Below, in pieces: positions 1-12,515 of a DNA stretch of 64,000 nucleotides. The stretch's first letter is position 1. Each line of letters opens with the position of its first letter. The notes under the pieces were generated by a model that saw only the letters and a program-made list of their open reading frames with translations, made no database searches and had not been told where the DNA came from. A program made the translations under genes and the position numbers. The DNA comes from Rebecca billardiae RCC1528 (Eukaryota > Protista > Haptophyta). The stretch is taken from the NCBI GenBank assembly GCA_965240325.2, contig OZ251226.1, forward strand, positions 62,001 through 126,000. The letters run 5' to 3'.

Positions 1-3000
1 GCGTGCTGCCCTCCTACCTCGCGTACGTGCGCGCGCAGCCCGCCTCGCTGCTGGTGCGGTACATGGGCTGCTACGGCGTCGAGATGTACGGCAAGCGCGT
101 GCACTTCCTCGTGATGCAGAGCGTCTTCCACGCGCTGGGGGGCCGGCAGCCGCACTACACGTACGACCTCAAGGTGGGGCCTCACGGGGGGGCCTCACGG
201 GGGGAGGCGGGAGGAGGAGGGGGGGCGGCAACGGCCACGCGCGCCGCGCGCCGCGCCCCTCGGCCCTCGGCCCACACGCCGCGCCCCTCCCCCCTCCTGT
301 GCCGCAGGGTTCGTACGTGGACCGCTCGACCGCCTCGCGCGGCGCTTGCCCCTCCGTGCGGCTGGACAACGACATGGCGCACACCCTCTTCCTGCACCCC
401 GAGCACGCGCGAGCTGGCCGCGCAGCTCGAGCGCGACACGGCGTGGCTCACGTCCAACGGGCTGCTGGACTACTCGCTGCTGCTCGGGCTGGTGAACAAG
501 CGCTACTTCCCCACGGACGCGCCGCACTCGGCGCAGCCGCAGCCAGCGCAGCCGCAGCCGCAGCCGCAGGGGGCGCGCGGCGCGGCGGACGGCGGCCCGC
601 GCGCGGCCGCGGCCGGCAGCGCCGCCGAGTGGCGCGGGTGCGCCGATGGCGGCTGCCCCGAGTGCGCCGACGGCGGCTGCCTCGACGGCGGCGGCTGCGC
701 CGCGCCGGAGCTCGACGCGTCGACGAGCGCGGCCCCTGCGCCCAGCCGGGGCGCGAGCAGCGCGCGCGCGCCGTGCGGCTGCGGCCGCGCCGCCGCACGG
801 CGCGTCTCCTCCGCCTGCTCGCGCTCCTCGGCCGGCCAGTCTTTGCCGGGGGCGGGGCGCTCGGTGCCGTCCACCCCGTCCACGCCGTCCGACCCGTCCA
901 GCTCGCGCAGGGGCAGCGCCGAGGGAAAGGGGCGGGGCGAGGCGGAGGCGGAGGCGGAGGCGGAGGCGGAGGGCGCGGAGGCGGCGCGTGGCGCGGGCGC
1001 GGGCGGTGCGCGCACCGAGGCGCGGCTGCCCAGCGTGCGCGCGCGCGAGGGCGGCGCGCCGCCGCTGCCGCGCTCGCGCTCGGCGGGCGCGACGCTGCGG
1101 CGCGCGTGCCCGCCGCGCGCGCTCTCCGCCGCGCGCTCGGGCTTCGGCTCGCTCTACTCGCTGGCGGAGGGCGGCAGCGCCGGCAGCGCCGGCAGCAGCG
1201 CGGCGGGCTCGGAGCGCGGCTGCGGCCACGACGGCGCGGGCCACGCGCGCGCGGACGAGGAGGCGGGGGGCGCGGGCGCGGGCGGCGGCGGCGCGCGCCA
1301 GCAGCAGCGCCACCGCCCGGCCGCGCCGCCGCGCGCGCACTCCGCCCCCTCGTGCGGCAGCGAGCGCTCGGCGCTGCCGTGCGCCGCGCCCCCGCCGCCG
1401 CCGTGCGCGCCGCTGCACTCGGCGCGCGCCGTGGTGGTGGAGGGCCCCGGGCTGTTCGTGTTCGGCATCATCGACATCCTGCAGACGTGGACGCTGCGCA
1501 AGCGGTGCGCGTGTGTGCGCGCGTGTGCGCGCGCCCACCCACTGCCGCGCGCGCCTCGGCCCCCGCCCCTGCCGCGCCCACACGCACGCACGCACACACG
1601 CGCACACCCGCGCACACACACGCACAGGCTGGAGTACCTCTTCAAGTCGTACGTGCGGTGCAAGGACAGGCGCGGCTTCAGCGCGGTGCGCCCCGCCGAG
1701 TACGGCGCCCGCTTCCAACGCAACGTGGTGCAGCGGTTGATCCGCGACCAGGCGGCGGCCACAGACGCGCTGCTGCAGCGCACGCGCGGCGCCCTCGAGC
1801 ACAGCGCGCGCCCTGCAGCAGCGCAGCAGCCCGCAGCGCAGCGCGCGCACAGCGCGGAGGGGGAGGGCGCGCAGCTGAGCGCGCTGTGCCGCGTGCGGCC
1901 CGCCTCCGCCTGCGCCGCCGCCTCCCCGCTGCCACCGGACTCGGCACCGGACTCGGCACCGGACGCGCCCCCGCCACCGGCCGGCGCAGGGGGCGCGGGC
2001 GCGGGCGCGGGCGGTGGCTGGGCGTGGGACGACGCGTCGGAGCTCTCGGAGCTCTTCTTCGACGCGGAGGAGGAGGGGGGCGGGGAGGAGGGGGGCGGGG
2101 CGCAGCAGCAGGGCGCGCCCCAGCCGTCGGCCCCCTTCTCCCCGCCCCCCTCCTCCTTGCTCGCCCTCCGCCCCTCGCCCGTGCGCGCTGGCTCGGAGCG
2201 GCAGCAGCACCCACTGGCCATGGCCGCACCGGACGCGCACGCCGCAGCAGCCGCGCAGCACCGCCCACTCAGCGCCGAGCGCGGCGGCGCGGGCGGCGGC
2301 GACGGCCCCGAGCACGGCGGCGCGCCCTCGTCCTCCGCCGCCGCCGCGCCTGGCGCCGCCGCGCGCGCCGCCGCCCCCGACCCCGCGCGCGCCGCCGACC
2401 GCAGCGGCGGGTGCGCGCCGGCCGGCAGCGGCAGCGGCAGCGGCAGCGGCAGCGGCAGCGGCAGCGGCAGCGGCAGCGGCAGCGGCAGCGGCAGCGGCAG
2501 CGGCAGCGGCAGCGGCAGCGGCAGCGGCAGCGGCAGCGGCAGCGGCAGCGGCAGCGGCAGCGGCAGCGGCAGCGGCAGCGGCAGCGGCAGCGGCGCGTGC
2601 GCGTGCGCAGGCTGCGCGCCCGGCGGCCCGCTGAGCCCCGAGCTGGGCGCGGCGCACGCGCTGTGCTCGCCCGCGCACACGCCGTCCAACTCGTCGCAGC
2701 ACAGCGGCGCGGCGCTGGACGGCGCGGCGCCGCTGCCGCTCGTCGTCTCGCACGTGAAGGCGTTCCGCACCGCCTCGGCCGAGCTGCCGCTGCCGCTGCC
2801 GCACGCGCCGCGCGCCTCGCGCGGCGCGTGCGGCGCGCCATCCGCGGGCGGGCGCGGCCGCGGCGGCGGCGGCGGCGTGGGCGGGCTGCTGGCACTGCGC
2901 GCGCCTGCGTGGCTCGCCGAGGCGGCGGCGCCGCCCGGCTGGCGCTTCGCACGGCGCACGGCCGCGGCGCCCACCGAGGGCAGCGCCGCGCGCGCCGGCG

Positions 3001-3167
3001 CGGCCGCGGGCGGCGCGGCCGACGCGTCGGCCGCGATGGAGGCTGGGCGCGCCGCGGCCGGCCGCGCGCCGGCGGCGCGTGACGGCGGGGCGGGCGCGGC
3101 GCGCGACGGCTGCGGAGCACGCGCTGAGCCGGGCGACGGCCGCGCGCTCAGCACGCTCGAGGTGTAG
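1..3167 (+). CDS. Phosphatidylinositol-phosphate 5-kinase (PIP5K family), 5'-truncated; introns 174-307 and 1505-1627; long low-complexity insert and tail
   Basis: Motifs LLVRYMGCY, HFLVMQSVF, YDLK|GS (joined across a GT-AG intron), LDYSLLLG, FGIIDILQTWTLRK|RLEYLFK and SAVRPAEYGARF match the PIPKc domain. An apparent frameshift lies near 405-411. Confidence 0.85.
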   Translation, partial: VLPSYLAYVRAQPASLLVRYMGCYGVEMYGKRVHFLVMQSVFHALGGRQPHYTYDLKVGPHGGASRGEAGGGGGAATATRAARRAPRPSAHTPRPSPLLCRRVRTWTARPPRAALAPPCGWTTTWRTPSSCTPSTRELAAQLERDTAWLTSNGLLDYSLLLGLVNKRYFPTDAPHSAQPQPAQPQPQPQGARGAADGGPRAAAAGSAAEWRGCADGGCPECADGGCLDGGGCAAPELDASTSAAPAPSRGASSARAPCGCGRAAARRVSSACSRSSAGQSLPGAGRSVPSTPSTPSDPSSSRRGSAEGKGRGEAEAEAEAEAEGAEAARGAGAGGARTEARLPSVRAREGGAPPLPRSRSAGATLRRACPPRALSAARSGFGSLYSLAEGGSAGSAGSSAAGSERGCGHDGAGHARADEEAGGAGAGGGGARQQQRHRPAAPPRAHSAPSCGSERSALPCAAPPPPPCAPLHSARAVVVEGPGLFVFGIIDILQTWTLRKRCACVRACARAHPLPRAPRPPPLPRPHARTHTRAHPRTHTHRLEYLFKSYVRCKDRRGFSAVRPAEYGARFQRNVVQRLIRDQAAATDALLQRTRGALEHSARPAAAQQPAAQRAHSAEGEGAQLSALCRVRPASACAAASPLPPDSAPDSAPDAPPPPAGAGGAGAGAGGGWAWDDASELSELFFDAEEEGGGEEGGGAQQQGAPQPSAPFSPPPSSLLALRPSPVRAGSERQQHPLAMAAPDAHAAAAAQHRPLSAERGGAGGGDGPEHGGAPSSSAAAAPGAAARAAAPDPARAADRSGGCAPAGSGSGSGSGSGSGSGSGSGSGSGSGSGSGSGSGSGSGSGSGSGSGSGSGSGSGSGSGACACAGCAPGGPLSPELGAAHALCSPAHTPSNSSQHSGAALDGAAPLPLVVSHVKAFRTASAELPLPLPHAPRASRGACGAPSAGGRGRGGGGGVGGLLALRAPAWLAEAAAPPGWRFARRTAAAPTEGSAARAGAAAGGAADASAAMEAGRAAAGRAPAARDGGAGAARDGCGARAEPGDGRALSTLEV
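2424..2594 (+). repeat. (GGCAGC)n hexamer repeat encoding poly-Gly-Ser in the PIP5K tail
   Basis: About 28 perfect tandem GGCAGC units. Confidence 0.95.
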
Positions 3168-4390
3168 CCGTCTGGTGAGTGGTGGCGCTGTGCAGTAGCC
3201 TAGTGCACAGCAGCAGTGCCGCAGTTACAGTAGCAGTTTATTAGCAGCACCGTACTCGTCACTATACTCACGGTCGTAGCAGTAGTAGCAGCATCACAGC
3301 CACAGGCCACAGCTCTGAGCTCAGAGTCAGGCCGCGCGGCCACTCATCGTCTCATGCGACGGCCACTCACTCACACTCTGACACTGGGCACGGCCACGGC
3401 CCGAGTTTCGTCGGCGGTCCCGTTCGCGGAGCAGCCGCGCCCACGGCCGGCCTCGGCGCCACACTCGGTCTCGGAGCGACGTCGGAGCCGCGGCCGCGGG
3501 CAGCGGGATGCCGTATGGGTCGGTCGAACACGCGTGGCATACTCGCCCACGCCGTCCGCGGCTACCACGGACCGGGCGTCCGCGCCTGTGGCTGTGGCAT
3601 CGGGCGCCTATCCGGTGGATCGGCAGCATCAGTTCATCGAGTATATATATATATATGGACATCAAGGACGCATGCGCGCGGGCTGTCAGTCGTAGCTGTG
3701 ACGGATGAGGAGTACAGCAAGGTGCCCGCTGGCACGGGTGGGTCAGAGCCTGCGGGCAGCCGACGGCACCGCGGCGCGGGCCGCCGCCCGGGGCTGCGCC
3801 ACGCGTCACGTCGCGCGCGATGCTGACATCAGAGGCTCCATCCACTTGGAGGCTGCCAGGATGGCAGTGCGCCGCGCTGATCCGCGGGCGCTCCCACCAC
3901 CGCGCCACGCACGCCGTCCGGCCACTGGCACTTCTCAGGGACGAGAGCCGCGCGCATCGTCACATCCGGATCATCGGCGGATGAGAATTCAAAGCGAGCA
4001 CGGTGGCAGAGTGCCGTGTCAAGGCCCACCCCGCACGCGGGCGCGCCGCGGAGGGCTCGCCCGGCAGCCGCGTGGCGAGCACGATCCCGCGGGTGGCGAT
4101 GCGCGCCGCGCTTCGGCACGACGCGCCTAGGCCGGGACGCGGAGGCGCATGCGGCGCCGCGCATCCGGCCTTCCGCCCGGAAAAACTCCGCGTTCGCATT
4201 TTCTTTTCGCTCGGCCGCGCGGGCCCTCGCGGTGCGGATCGCGACCGAGAGGGCGGAGGGTCGAATCTGGCGAGCAGTCCGGCGCCCCCGCGAGAGCGTG
4301 CGCTCCTGACCAGGCCGGGCCGACCAATCCGCGCGCGCGCGGTGCTCGCTCGTCCGCTGCCCCTGCGCGCCACGGGCGGCGCGCGTGGAG

Positions 4391-5116
4391 ATGGCGGTGG
4401 AGCCGCCGGTGCGCAGCCCGGAGCTGTCGCGCACGGCCGCGGCGCTGGCGCTCGCCGGGCTGCGCCTCGGCGCGACCGAGACGCGCGCCGCCGCCGCCGC
4501 CGCGGCCATCGCCGGCGCGGACGCGGACGCGCCCGCGCCCGCGCCGCCAACTCACGCGCCGACCGCGCGGCCGCATCGCAAGCGCGTCCGCGCCGAGGGC
4601 GCCGCCGCGCACGACGGCGCGCCCGGCGGGTCGGACGTTGCCGTCCTCGCCTCGCACGACGACGACGAGCGCGCGCTGCCGCCCGCCGACGAGCCCGCCG
4701 CGGCCGCCGCCGCGGCCGCCGCGGGCAAGCGCGCGCGCCGGCCGCGCATCGCGCCTGAGCCCGGACAGGAGAACGACGGCGCGGACGGCAAGCACGGCGC
4801 ACCGGCGGGTTGGACGGCTGGCGGGAGCGGACGCGCGGGCTTGGCGCCCGTCGCGCCGCCCGGCCTCGCCCACCCGCCCACCGCACCGCCCGCGCCGCGC
4901 GCGCCGGCGGGCGCGTCGCGCGCGCGCGCCGCGGCCGCGGCCGCGGCGCCGCCGCCGCCGCGCGCGCCGCGCGCGGCCGCGGCCGGCGCGGCCGCGCGCG
5001 GCCGTGGCAGTGTGCCGCGCCCGGGCGGTGGTGCGAGCGTGGGCTCTGGCGCGCACGCCGCCGCGCCAACCCCGCACGCGCCGCCATCCGCGGCGGACGA
5101 CGGCGGCGGCGACGAC

Positions 5117-5150
<34 letters not shown>

Positions 5151-5617
5151 AGGCGGAGGCGGGCGCGGGCGCGGGCGGCGCGTCCGAGGGCGGCGGCTCG
5201 GGCTCTGGCGGGATGGTGAAGTCGAGCGTGTACGTGGGCGTGCACATGTCGCACAAGCCGCTCCTCCTCCGCCCGTGGCTCGCGTGCTGCTGGGTCGGCG
5301 GCAAGAACCACCACCTCGGCTACCACCGCACGGAGCGCGAGGCGGCCGCCGCGTACGACTCGTTTGCGCGGCGGCACGGCAAGAAGCTCAACTTCCCGGA
5401 CTCGGGCGCCGGCGAGTCCGGCGCGACCAAGTCGGTGAAGAGCTCGCGGTACCGCGGCGTGCACTTCAAGAAGGGGAACAAGACGCGCCCGTGGAAGGCC
5501 GTCTGCGTCGTCGGCGGGCGGCAGCACCACCTCGGCTACTTCGCGAGCGAGGAGGCCGCGGCCGCCGCGTACGACGCGTTCGCGCGGCCGCACGGCCGAA
5601 CGCTCAACGGCGTGTGA
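4391..5617 (+). CDS. AP2/ERF-domain transcription factor with two tandem AP2 domains
   Basis: Two repeats, SSVYVGV...PWLACCWVGGKNHHLGYHRTEREAAAAYD...LNFP and SSRYRGV...PWKAVCVVGGRQHHLGYFASEEAAAAAYD, match the AP2 consensus (YRGV, W.A.I, LG.F...EEAA.AYD, LNFP). N-terminus is Ala-rich with basic NLS-like stretches. Confidence 0.9.
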
Positions 5618-6240
5618 CACGCGCGGCGCGGGCGCGGCGCGGGCGGAGGCGCGAAGGGCCGCGCGAGGCCGCGGGGGCGCGGAGGGCGCGAGGGGCGAGC
5701 GGGCTCGCGGCGCGCGCGGGATGCGGGGCGCTGGCGCGCGCGGAGCGGGCGCGCCGGCGAGGCGCGTGCCGCCAGCGCCGGCGGTCGCCTGTCGAGGCGC
5801 GGCCGCCGCGGCGGCGCGTGCGCTTGGCGCGCGCCGCCGCGCGCGCCGCTGCCGGCGGGCCAAGCCCACTGGTGCGGGGAGGTGGGGCGCGGCGGCCGGC
5901 GTGCGCGGCGCGCGGCGGCGGCAGTCCGCCGGCGCTCGCGGCGCCGGCTGCCGGCGGGGCGCACGGACGGGGCGAGCGTGTGTGCGGCGTGCGCGCCATT
6001 GGCTGGCGCGCCCGACCGGCGCACTGCGCCCGCCGCTCCGGGCGGCACCCGGGAGCGGGGCGCGTGCCGCGGCTTCGATTCGGGAGCGAGATTTCGGTCG
6101 GATTGTGCATGCGTGCCGACTAGAGCCAAAGATTCTCACTCGCCCGCCCCGCCAATCGGAGTCCGGCTGGGGCTGATGAAGCGCTTCGCGCCGTCCGGCG
6201 CGGAGGGACGAGTGTCCGGCTGCCCCGCTGCCCACGGGCG

Positions 6241-8267
6241 ATGGCGGCCGGTCGGCCCTGGCTCGTCGTCGCGGCGACGCTCGCGCTGGCGATGGCCGCG
6301 CGCATCGCGCACGTGGCCACGACCATCCTCGCGGCGCCACGCGCCATCGTCCTCGCGCCCGCCCGCCCCGCACGCGCCGACGAGGACGAGCCGGCCGCGC
6401 GCGTCGCCGCGGCGGCCGCGCTGGGCGGCGGCGGCGGCGCGGCAGCGCCGCCCGCCGACGAGGCGGCGGACGAGGCGGCGGAGCAGGCGCGCGCGAGCGC
6501 GGCGCAGCGCGACGCGGAGGACGAGGCGGCCGAGGGCGACGGCGCGCCCGACGCCGACCCGACCGCCGACCCGCCCGCGCCCGGCGTCGGCGGCAACAGC
6601 ACTCGCCAGCGGCTGAGCGCGCGCTCGCGGCTCGCGCTGCGTCTCTCCTCGCCCGAGGGGCGCGCGCTGGACGTGGGCACGCTCGAGCTCACGCCGGAGA
6701 AGTACGTGTTCGGTCAGCTCGTGCGCGTGATGCGCAACGGCCGCCCCGTCGCCGTGCCGCAGCAGCTCCCGCCCGGCGTGGCGGAGGCGGCGGGCGGCGG
6801 CGGCGGCGGCGGCGGGCCGGGCGGCGCGGACGAGGGCGCGGCGCCGCGCAGGCTGAGCCCGCTCGAGCAGCTGGCGAACGCGCTGCGCGTGCCCGCGCGC
6901 GGCGTGTGCTTCGTCGCCGCGGGCGCGTTCACGGGCGGGCGGTACACCAACAACATCTACCACCAGGCCGAGTTCGTCTGGCCCATGGTGGACGCGGCCA
7001 TCCGGGATGCGCGCGCGCCCGCCACTGTGCTCTGGCCGTTCGCGCTGCTGCCGTGGAGCAAGCAGGGTGCGCTGCGTAGTGCTGCGGCGCGTGCTGCGCG
7101 CGCGAGGGGGGGCGGGGGGAGCGGCGTCGAGGGCGGGGCGCGGAGGACGGGGCGCGCGCCCCGCGTGCTCCACGCCGCCGCGTCTGCCGCCCCTGATCGG
7201 CGCCCCTTCTGCTTCCCTTCCGTGTTCCTTCTCCGCACACGGCTGCCGCCGCCCCTGCCGCCGCCCCTGCCGCCGCCCCCGGCGCCGCCGCTGCCGCTGC
7301 CGCCCCCGCTGCCGGGGGCGCAGTGCTGGAGCTGCTGCTGCCGCTCACAGACGTGCTGGCGGGGGCAGAGGCCACGGCCACCGTGCAGCAGGCGCGCTGC
7401 ACGGCAGAGTCCGTGCCCTTCAAGGCGGTGGGCTCGGGCGGGGGCAAGGCGGGTGCGCGCGCGCGCCCGAGCGCGACGCGCTCGCGCGCGCGCGCGGCCG
7501 CCCACGCCCCCGCCCCCCCCCCGCCCCCAAACCCGCGCCGCGCGCCGCCCGGCGGCGCAGGCTACTGGCTGGACCCGCGCTCCGCCCCGATGGCGCGCAA
7601 GCTCACGCTCCGCCGGTGCCGCCGCCCGCTCCGCAACGCGAGCGCGGCGAGCACCGTCGTGCTGCTCGAGCGGCGCGCGGAGGAGGCGGCGGGCGCGCAC
7701 GGGCGCAAGCGGCGGCGCATCGCGCAGCGCGCCGCCGTGCTCGCGCTGCTGCGCGCGGCGATGCCGGGCGCGAGCGTGGAGCTGCGCTTCTCGCCCGGAG
7801 CGGACGTGCCGCTGTGCGCGCAGCTCGGCGCGTTCGCCGACGCGGCGCTCGTGCTCACGCCGCACGGCGCGCAGCTCAACAACGCTGTCTTTGCCCCCGC
7901 GCGCACCGCGCTGCTCGAGGCCATGCCATGGGCCAAGCGCAGCTACCCGGGGCACCTGGCGATGCTGCGCTACTCGGGGCTGACGCACGCGCGCGTGCAC
8001 TCCGCGCGCCCGCCCGCGGAGGACGGGCAGTGGGGCGACGGGCGGTACACCGAGGCGCAGTGCGAGGCCATCGAGCTCTGCTCGAGGTACTACCGAGATA
8101 GCGCCGAGATACACCTGCCCCCCCGGGAGCTGCACGCCGCGCTCGCGGCCGCCGCGCCCGATGGGCTGGCCGTGCGGCCGTGGGCGGAGGTGGCGCACGC
8201 GCTCGAGCGGGCGGGCTGGCGGATCGGCGAGGATGGGGGCTGGGCGCAGCGAGCGGCCGGGCGGTAG
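6241..8267 (+). CDS. Type II membrane glycosyltransferase, GT61/DUF563-like; introns 7067-7323 and 7453-7560
   Basis: N-terminal hydrophobic anchor; NNIYH motif; [24 protein letters not shown] and LLEAMP motifs typical of GT61. The GT-AG introns join the two ORFs in frame. Confidence 0.75.
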
Positions 8268-8358
8268 CGCGAACGCCGGCCGCGCGGCGCCGGCGGGCGC
8301 TCGCGGCAATCACGCGTCGCGGGGGCACCGCACGTCGGACGGCGGCGATACAGGACAG

Positions 8359-8460
<102 letters not shown>

Positions 8461-8899
8461 GGTTACGGATCGATGGTGAATCTTATAATAACAATTCAAT
8501 ATATTCGATGCGCGCGCGCGCATTCGATCGCGTAGTCTCGGATGCGCTGACGGCGACTGTCGACTGCTGTCGGATCGCGTCCGTGTGCGAGTTGCGACGC
8601 ATGCATAGTCATAACTCATACATTCATACTAGTACTAGTACTCCGATACTGTACAGTTTACTATGTTTTAACGTGCACACTTGGTTAAGGCGTGATTGAC
8701 GCCATCCAACACTGCACAAAGACACCGCCACAAAACAGACCGGCGCAGGCAGGTGAGGGGCGCGTTGCCGCACCTCATCGAGGCGGCCATTGCAGCAAGC
8801 GGCCGCCCCGCGCTCGGAGGCACGCGCTCGGGAGCGCGCTCTGACACCACACGGGGAGGGTGCTGTACTCCAGTGGAGGATGGGCTGCCGGCCGCGACG

Positions 8900-10126
8900 A
8901 TGGCGGCACGCCGCGCGTGCTGCGCGCACGCGCTCCGGCTGGCGCCGGTGTGCGGCGCGGGCATGCTGTACAACATGCAGTCGCTCTGCGTCAACCTCCT
9001 CGCCTCGCGCCACGCGATCGGCCCCGCGCAGTCGCTGCTGGCGCGCGGGCTCGTGCAGGCGCTCGGCGTGTGCGCCGCGCTGTGCGCGCCGAGCGGCGCC
9101 GACGCGCGCGCCGTGATGCCCGGCCGCGACGCGCGCGAGCGGGCGCTCCTGCTGGCGCGCGGGGCGCTCGGCGCGCTGGCCAGCCTGCTCAACTCCGTCG
9201 CCATCGCGTACCTCCCCTTCGCCCAGGCGATGACGCTCGCGGCGACCGTGCCGCTCTGGCTGACGGCCATGGCCGCATGCGCGCTGCCGGAGTGCCCGTC
9301 GCGGGAGGAGCTACTCGCCGTGGCGCTCGGCATGCTCGGCGTGGTGCTGGTCAGCTTGGACGGCGCCCACGCCCACGCCGCCGCCGGCCCCGCGAGCCTC
9401 GCCCCCGCGCGCGCGCTCGCGCTCACGTGCGCGTCCCTGAGCTCAGCGCTGTGCAACGCGAGCGTGCTGCTGCTGATGCGCACGCTCGGCGTGCAGAGCA
9501 GGCCCGTGCCCGCGCTGGTGAGCACGGCGTACCAGACGGCGGGGCTGCTCGTCTTCGCGCCGCTCGCCGCGCGCGCCGCCGCCGTGAGCGCGTGGGCCGC
9601 GCCGCGCGGCCCCGAGGCGTGGGCGCTGCTGCTGCTGCCCGGGCCGTGCGCGCTCGGCGGCAGCCTGCTGCTGTACTGCGGGTTCGCACGCAACCGCTCC
9701 GCCGTGGGCGTGGTGGTGCTGCAGGCGTCCGAGACGCTGCCCGCGCTGCCCGTGCAGGCGCTTACGGCGCAGCCCATCGGCGCGCGGATGCTCAGCGGCA
9801 ACGCGCTCGTCGTGCTCTCCGCCGCCCTGGGCACGCTGAGCGCGGCGCGCAGGCGGCGCAGCGCCGAGCTGGCGGCGGGGCCGCCGGACGACGGCGAGGC
9901 CGTGGCGCCGACGCAGCGCGTGCAGGCGGAGCCGACCAGCGTGGACGAGCCGTGGCACGACGCCGATCCGTTCGGCGTGGACGCCACCGATGCTCTGACG
10001 CCAACCGCGTCGGCTGCTGCGCCACCCGCGTCAGGCGCGACGCCGTGGCCGATGGTCGCTGAGCCAGTCTCAGCGCAGGCATCGTCGCAGCGGCAGCCGC
10101 CGTCATCCGAGCTGCCGCTGCTATGA
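8900..10126 (+). CDS. EamA/DMT-family multi-pass membrane transporter
   Basis: About 10 hydrophobic segments; LLARGALGALASLLNSVAIAYLPFAQAMTLAATVPLW and ELLAVALGMLGVVLV resemble EamA repeat signatures. Confidence 0.7.
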   Translation: MAARRACCAHALRLAPVCGAGMLYNMQSLCVNLLASRHAIGPAQSLLARGLVQALGVCAALCAPSGADARAVMPGRDARERALLLARGALGALASLLNSVAIAYLPFAQAMTLAATVPLWLTAMAACALPECPSREELLAVALGMLGVVLVSLDGAHAHAAAGPASLAPARALALTCASLSSALCNASVLLLMRTLGVQSRPVPALVSTAYQTAGLLVFAPLAARAAAVSAWAAPRGPEAWALLLLPGPCALGGSLLLYCGFARNRSAVGVVVLQASETLPALPVQALTAQPIGARMLSGNALVVLSAALGTLSAARRRRSAELAAGPPDDGEAVAPTQRVQAEPTSVDEPWHDADPFGVDATDALTPTASAAAPPASGATPWPMVAEPVSAQASSQRQPPSSELPLL

Positions 10127-10624
10127 ACGACGATCGTGGCGGCTGAATCTGGAGCCTGATGTGATCGAGCCCGCCGGAGCCTGCTCCTCTAAGGCTCATC
10201 AGCCCGACGACTCAGTTACGCGCGGATATAGACTTCTCATCATAAGTGATACATACGTCGGAGACGCGGAGTCGTTACCGAGTGAGTGACGCACACACAC
10301 TCACACTGTGACTGTCACAGACACAGTGACACAGTGACACACTCCGACTACACTGGCACTAGCCACTAGGCCACTTCAATGTCTTCATCCGGCTCCACAA
10401 GTCCACAGACCGCGCACGGATTCTCACGGGACTACCTGATTTGTCAGCTTGCGCGTCACAGCTGCACACTGCTACACATCAGGGATTCGCAAGGCGCAAT
10501 CCGCGACTACTGTTTACGGTCTAGTTAGCCGCGAGCGCAGGCCGGCGGCGGCACGGGCGGGCGGGGCGCGCCGCCGCCGGGCCGCGGGCGGCGCGCGGGT
10601 CGGGCCCTCCGTGGAGGTGGTATA

Positions 10625-12515
10625 TAGGTGGGCCCACTGGCTACTGTGGGATTATAGTGGCGCAGAGCGCGAGCTCATAGCGCGGTGTTTAATTTCGTCT
10701 CGAGCTGGATTCCAGCCCCATGAGATGGCCCCTGGCCTGCCTGGTAAAAAAACCAGTGGTACATGCTGTAAATATAGGGCGTAACGGTGACCCTACTTAC
10801 TTATTGGAAATGGCCTGTGACCAATGTAACGACCATGTAACGGGCGTCTTAAACGTGATATATAGGGTCGGCAGACGTCACTTTGATATATCACTTTGAT
10901 GAGCTGATCATAGGTCTTCAGCAGCATGCACACTCATTGTCACATATACGGCGTATATGGGCACTCTGAGAATACGGGATAACGACCGTTACACCCGTGC
11001 GTTACATATACACCGCCATGCTGATCAGCATGGCTGCCATAGTATTTCAGACGGTTTCAGACTGCTCTCGTAGCAGCCGTACGGCGTGCATGTGACACCT
11101 AAGAATTTTTCCAACCCTTCTACCCTCGAAGGACGAGTCTTGCGGAGCCGTGGGCAAAGATTGAGCCTGACCGAGTCGCGGCGCCAGCCCGCCGGCCGTG
11201 GTCAAGGCAAGCAGGAGTGGGGCACGCGGCGCCGGGCACATCCAGCAGCCCGCAGCTTGAACACGGCGGACAAGGTTCGCCGAGTGCTCATCTGTGGCGT
11301 TCAAGGCAGGCACTGCTACGCATCGAATGCCTTTTCTCGTGCTCCGACCTAACCGTTGCTCTACATTGCGACCAAGCTGTGTCCGAGCTGTCCTCAGCTG
11401 GACCGTCCTCTGCCTAACTGTGCGCAACGGCCGATTCGTCGCAGCGCCGAGCTGGCTCGCCGTGGTGTGCGCGCGCGTAGCGATGTGCACTCATCACCGC
11501 TTCCTGCGTGGCAGCAGGGCAAGATATGGCTCACTGGTAAGCTGGTACGCCTGCTGACCGTGCACCGGCGTCGGCGGCGCCGCCAACGTGCTCGGGCAGG
11601 CTCACGAAGGGCTTAAATCACTGTTGAACGGATCAACTGTACTGTCCGCAGCGAGCACGGCGCACAGCGGATGACCAAGCAGAGGCGGGGCGACTGCTGT
11701 GCGGCCGCGCGGGGGAGTAGCTAGGCTCTTGAGGTACGCGTAGAGCCATGACAGGGCTCAACAAGCGCATCAGCTGCAATCTACCCGGCTCGACGCGCAG
11801 CCCGACCTCGTGCAATCGTGTGGCTCGAGGCCCTCCAAGTGGCTCGTAGCTTCCAAACACCCGAGGAGCGTCGGCACTGAGAGTTGAGTCGAGGCCGGGG
11901 AGGTGACAGACGGCACACGCATCCGCTTTGACCGCTGTTTGACCATCAGATCCTTCCCCAAGTGCCCACGATCGTGTGAACAGCCACAGCGTTCGGTCAC
12001 ACCGCACAGACTTCCGGGGACCTGACCGACGAGGCGGGCCTCCGCAGGGCCGCAGAAGTAGCTGGGCATTGCCAGGACACCATGCAGATGCTGTCCCAGT
12101 AACGTCCTGGAGTGTCCCAGTTCGTTCACGGGTGTCCCAAGCTCGCGTTGTGCACGCATTACAATCCCCAAAGCTGTTCCCGTGTTTGAACGCGCGACTG
12201 TCGGCGAGAGATGGCAGACCGGGAAGATGACCCAGGTATGAACCGTTCGCATGGCTCGTTCCAGAGGGCTACGCAGCATGCTACGGGCGTGCGGCGCAGC
12301 GTGCCTCGCATGGCAGGCGGGCAAGCGCGGCGGACAACGCGCTGACGACGCGCACAGGTCCATCCCGGTCATCGTTTTCGCGATCGATCGGCTTCCCGGA
12401 CCGGGAGTTCGGCGGCCTGGAAAAAGGGACTTCAGCGCGAGGAAAAGAGCACGGCTGCGGTCCGAAAAAGCCAGAGAGATTGTGTTTTGATTTTTAATTG
12501 CTGTGGGCCCACCTA
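10625..12515. mobile_element. Non-autonomous/degenerate DNA transposon with 13-bp TIRs and 7-bp target-site duplication
   Basis: TAGGTGGGCCCAC at 10625-10637 and its reverse complement GTGGGCCCACCTA at 12503-12515. TGGTATA flanks both sides (10618-10624, 12516-12522). Interior is lower in GC with no intact ORF. Confidence 0.75.

Noticed and set aside
195-3154. Long antisense and alternate-frame ORFs (Arg/Ala/Pro-rich) here and throughout the window
   Set aside because: Shadow ORFs caused by stop-codon scarcity at very high GC; no domain motifs.
8900-10126. EamA transporter as part of the cyclitol cluster
   Set aside because: Separated by a transposon and two histone genes; no evidence of linkage beyond proximity.
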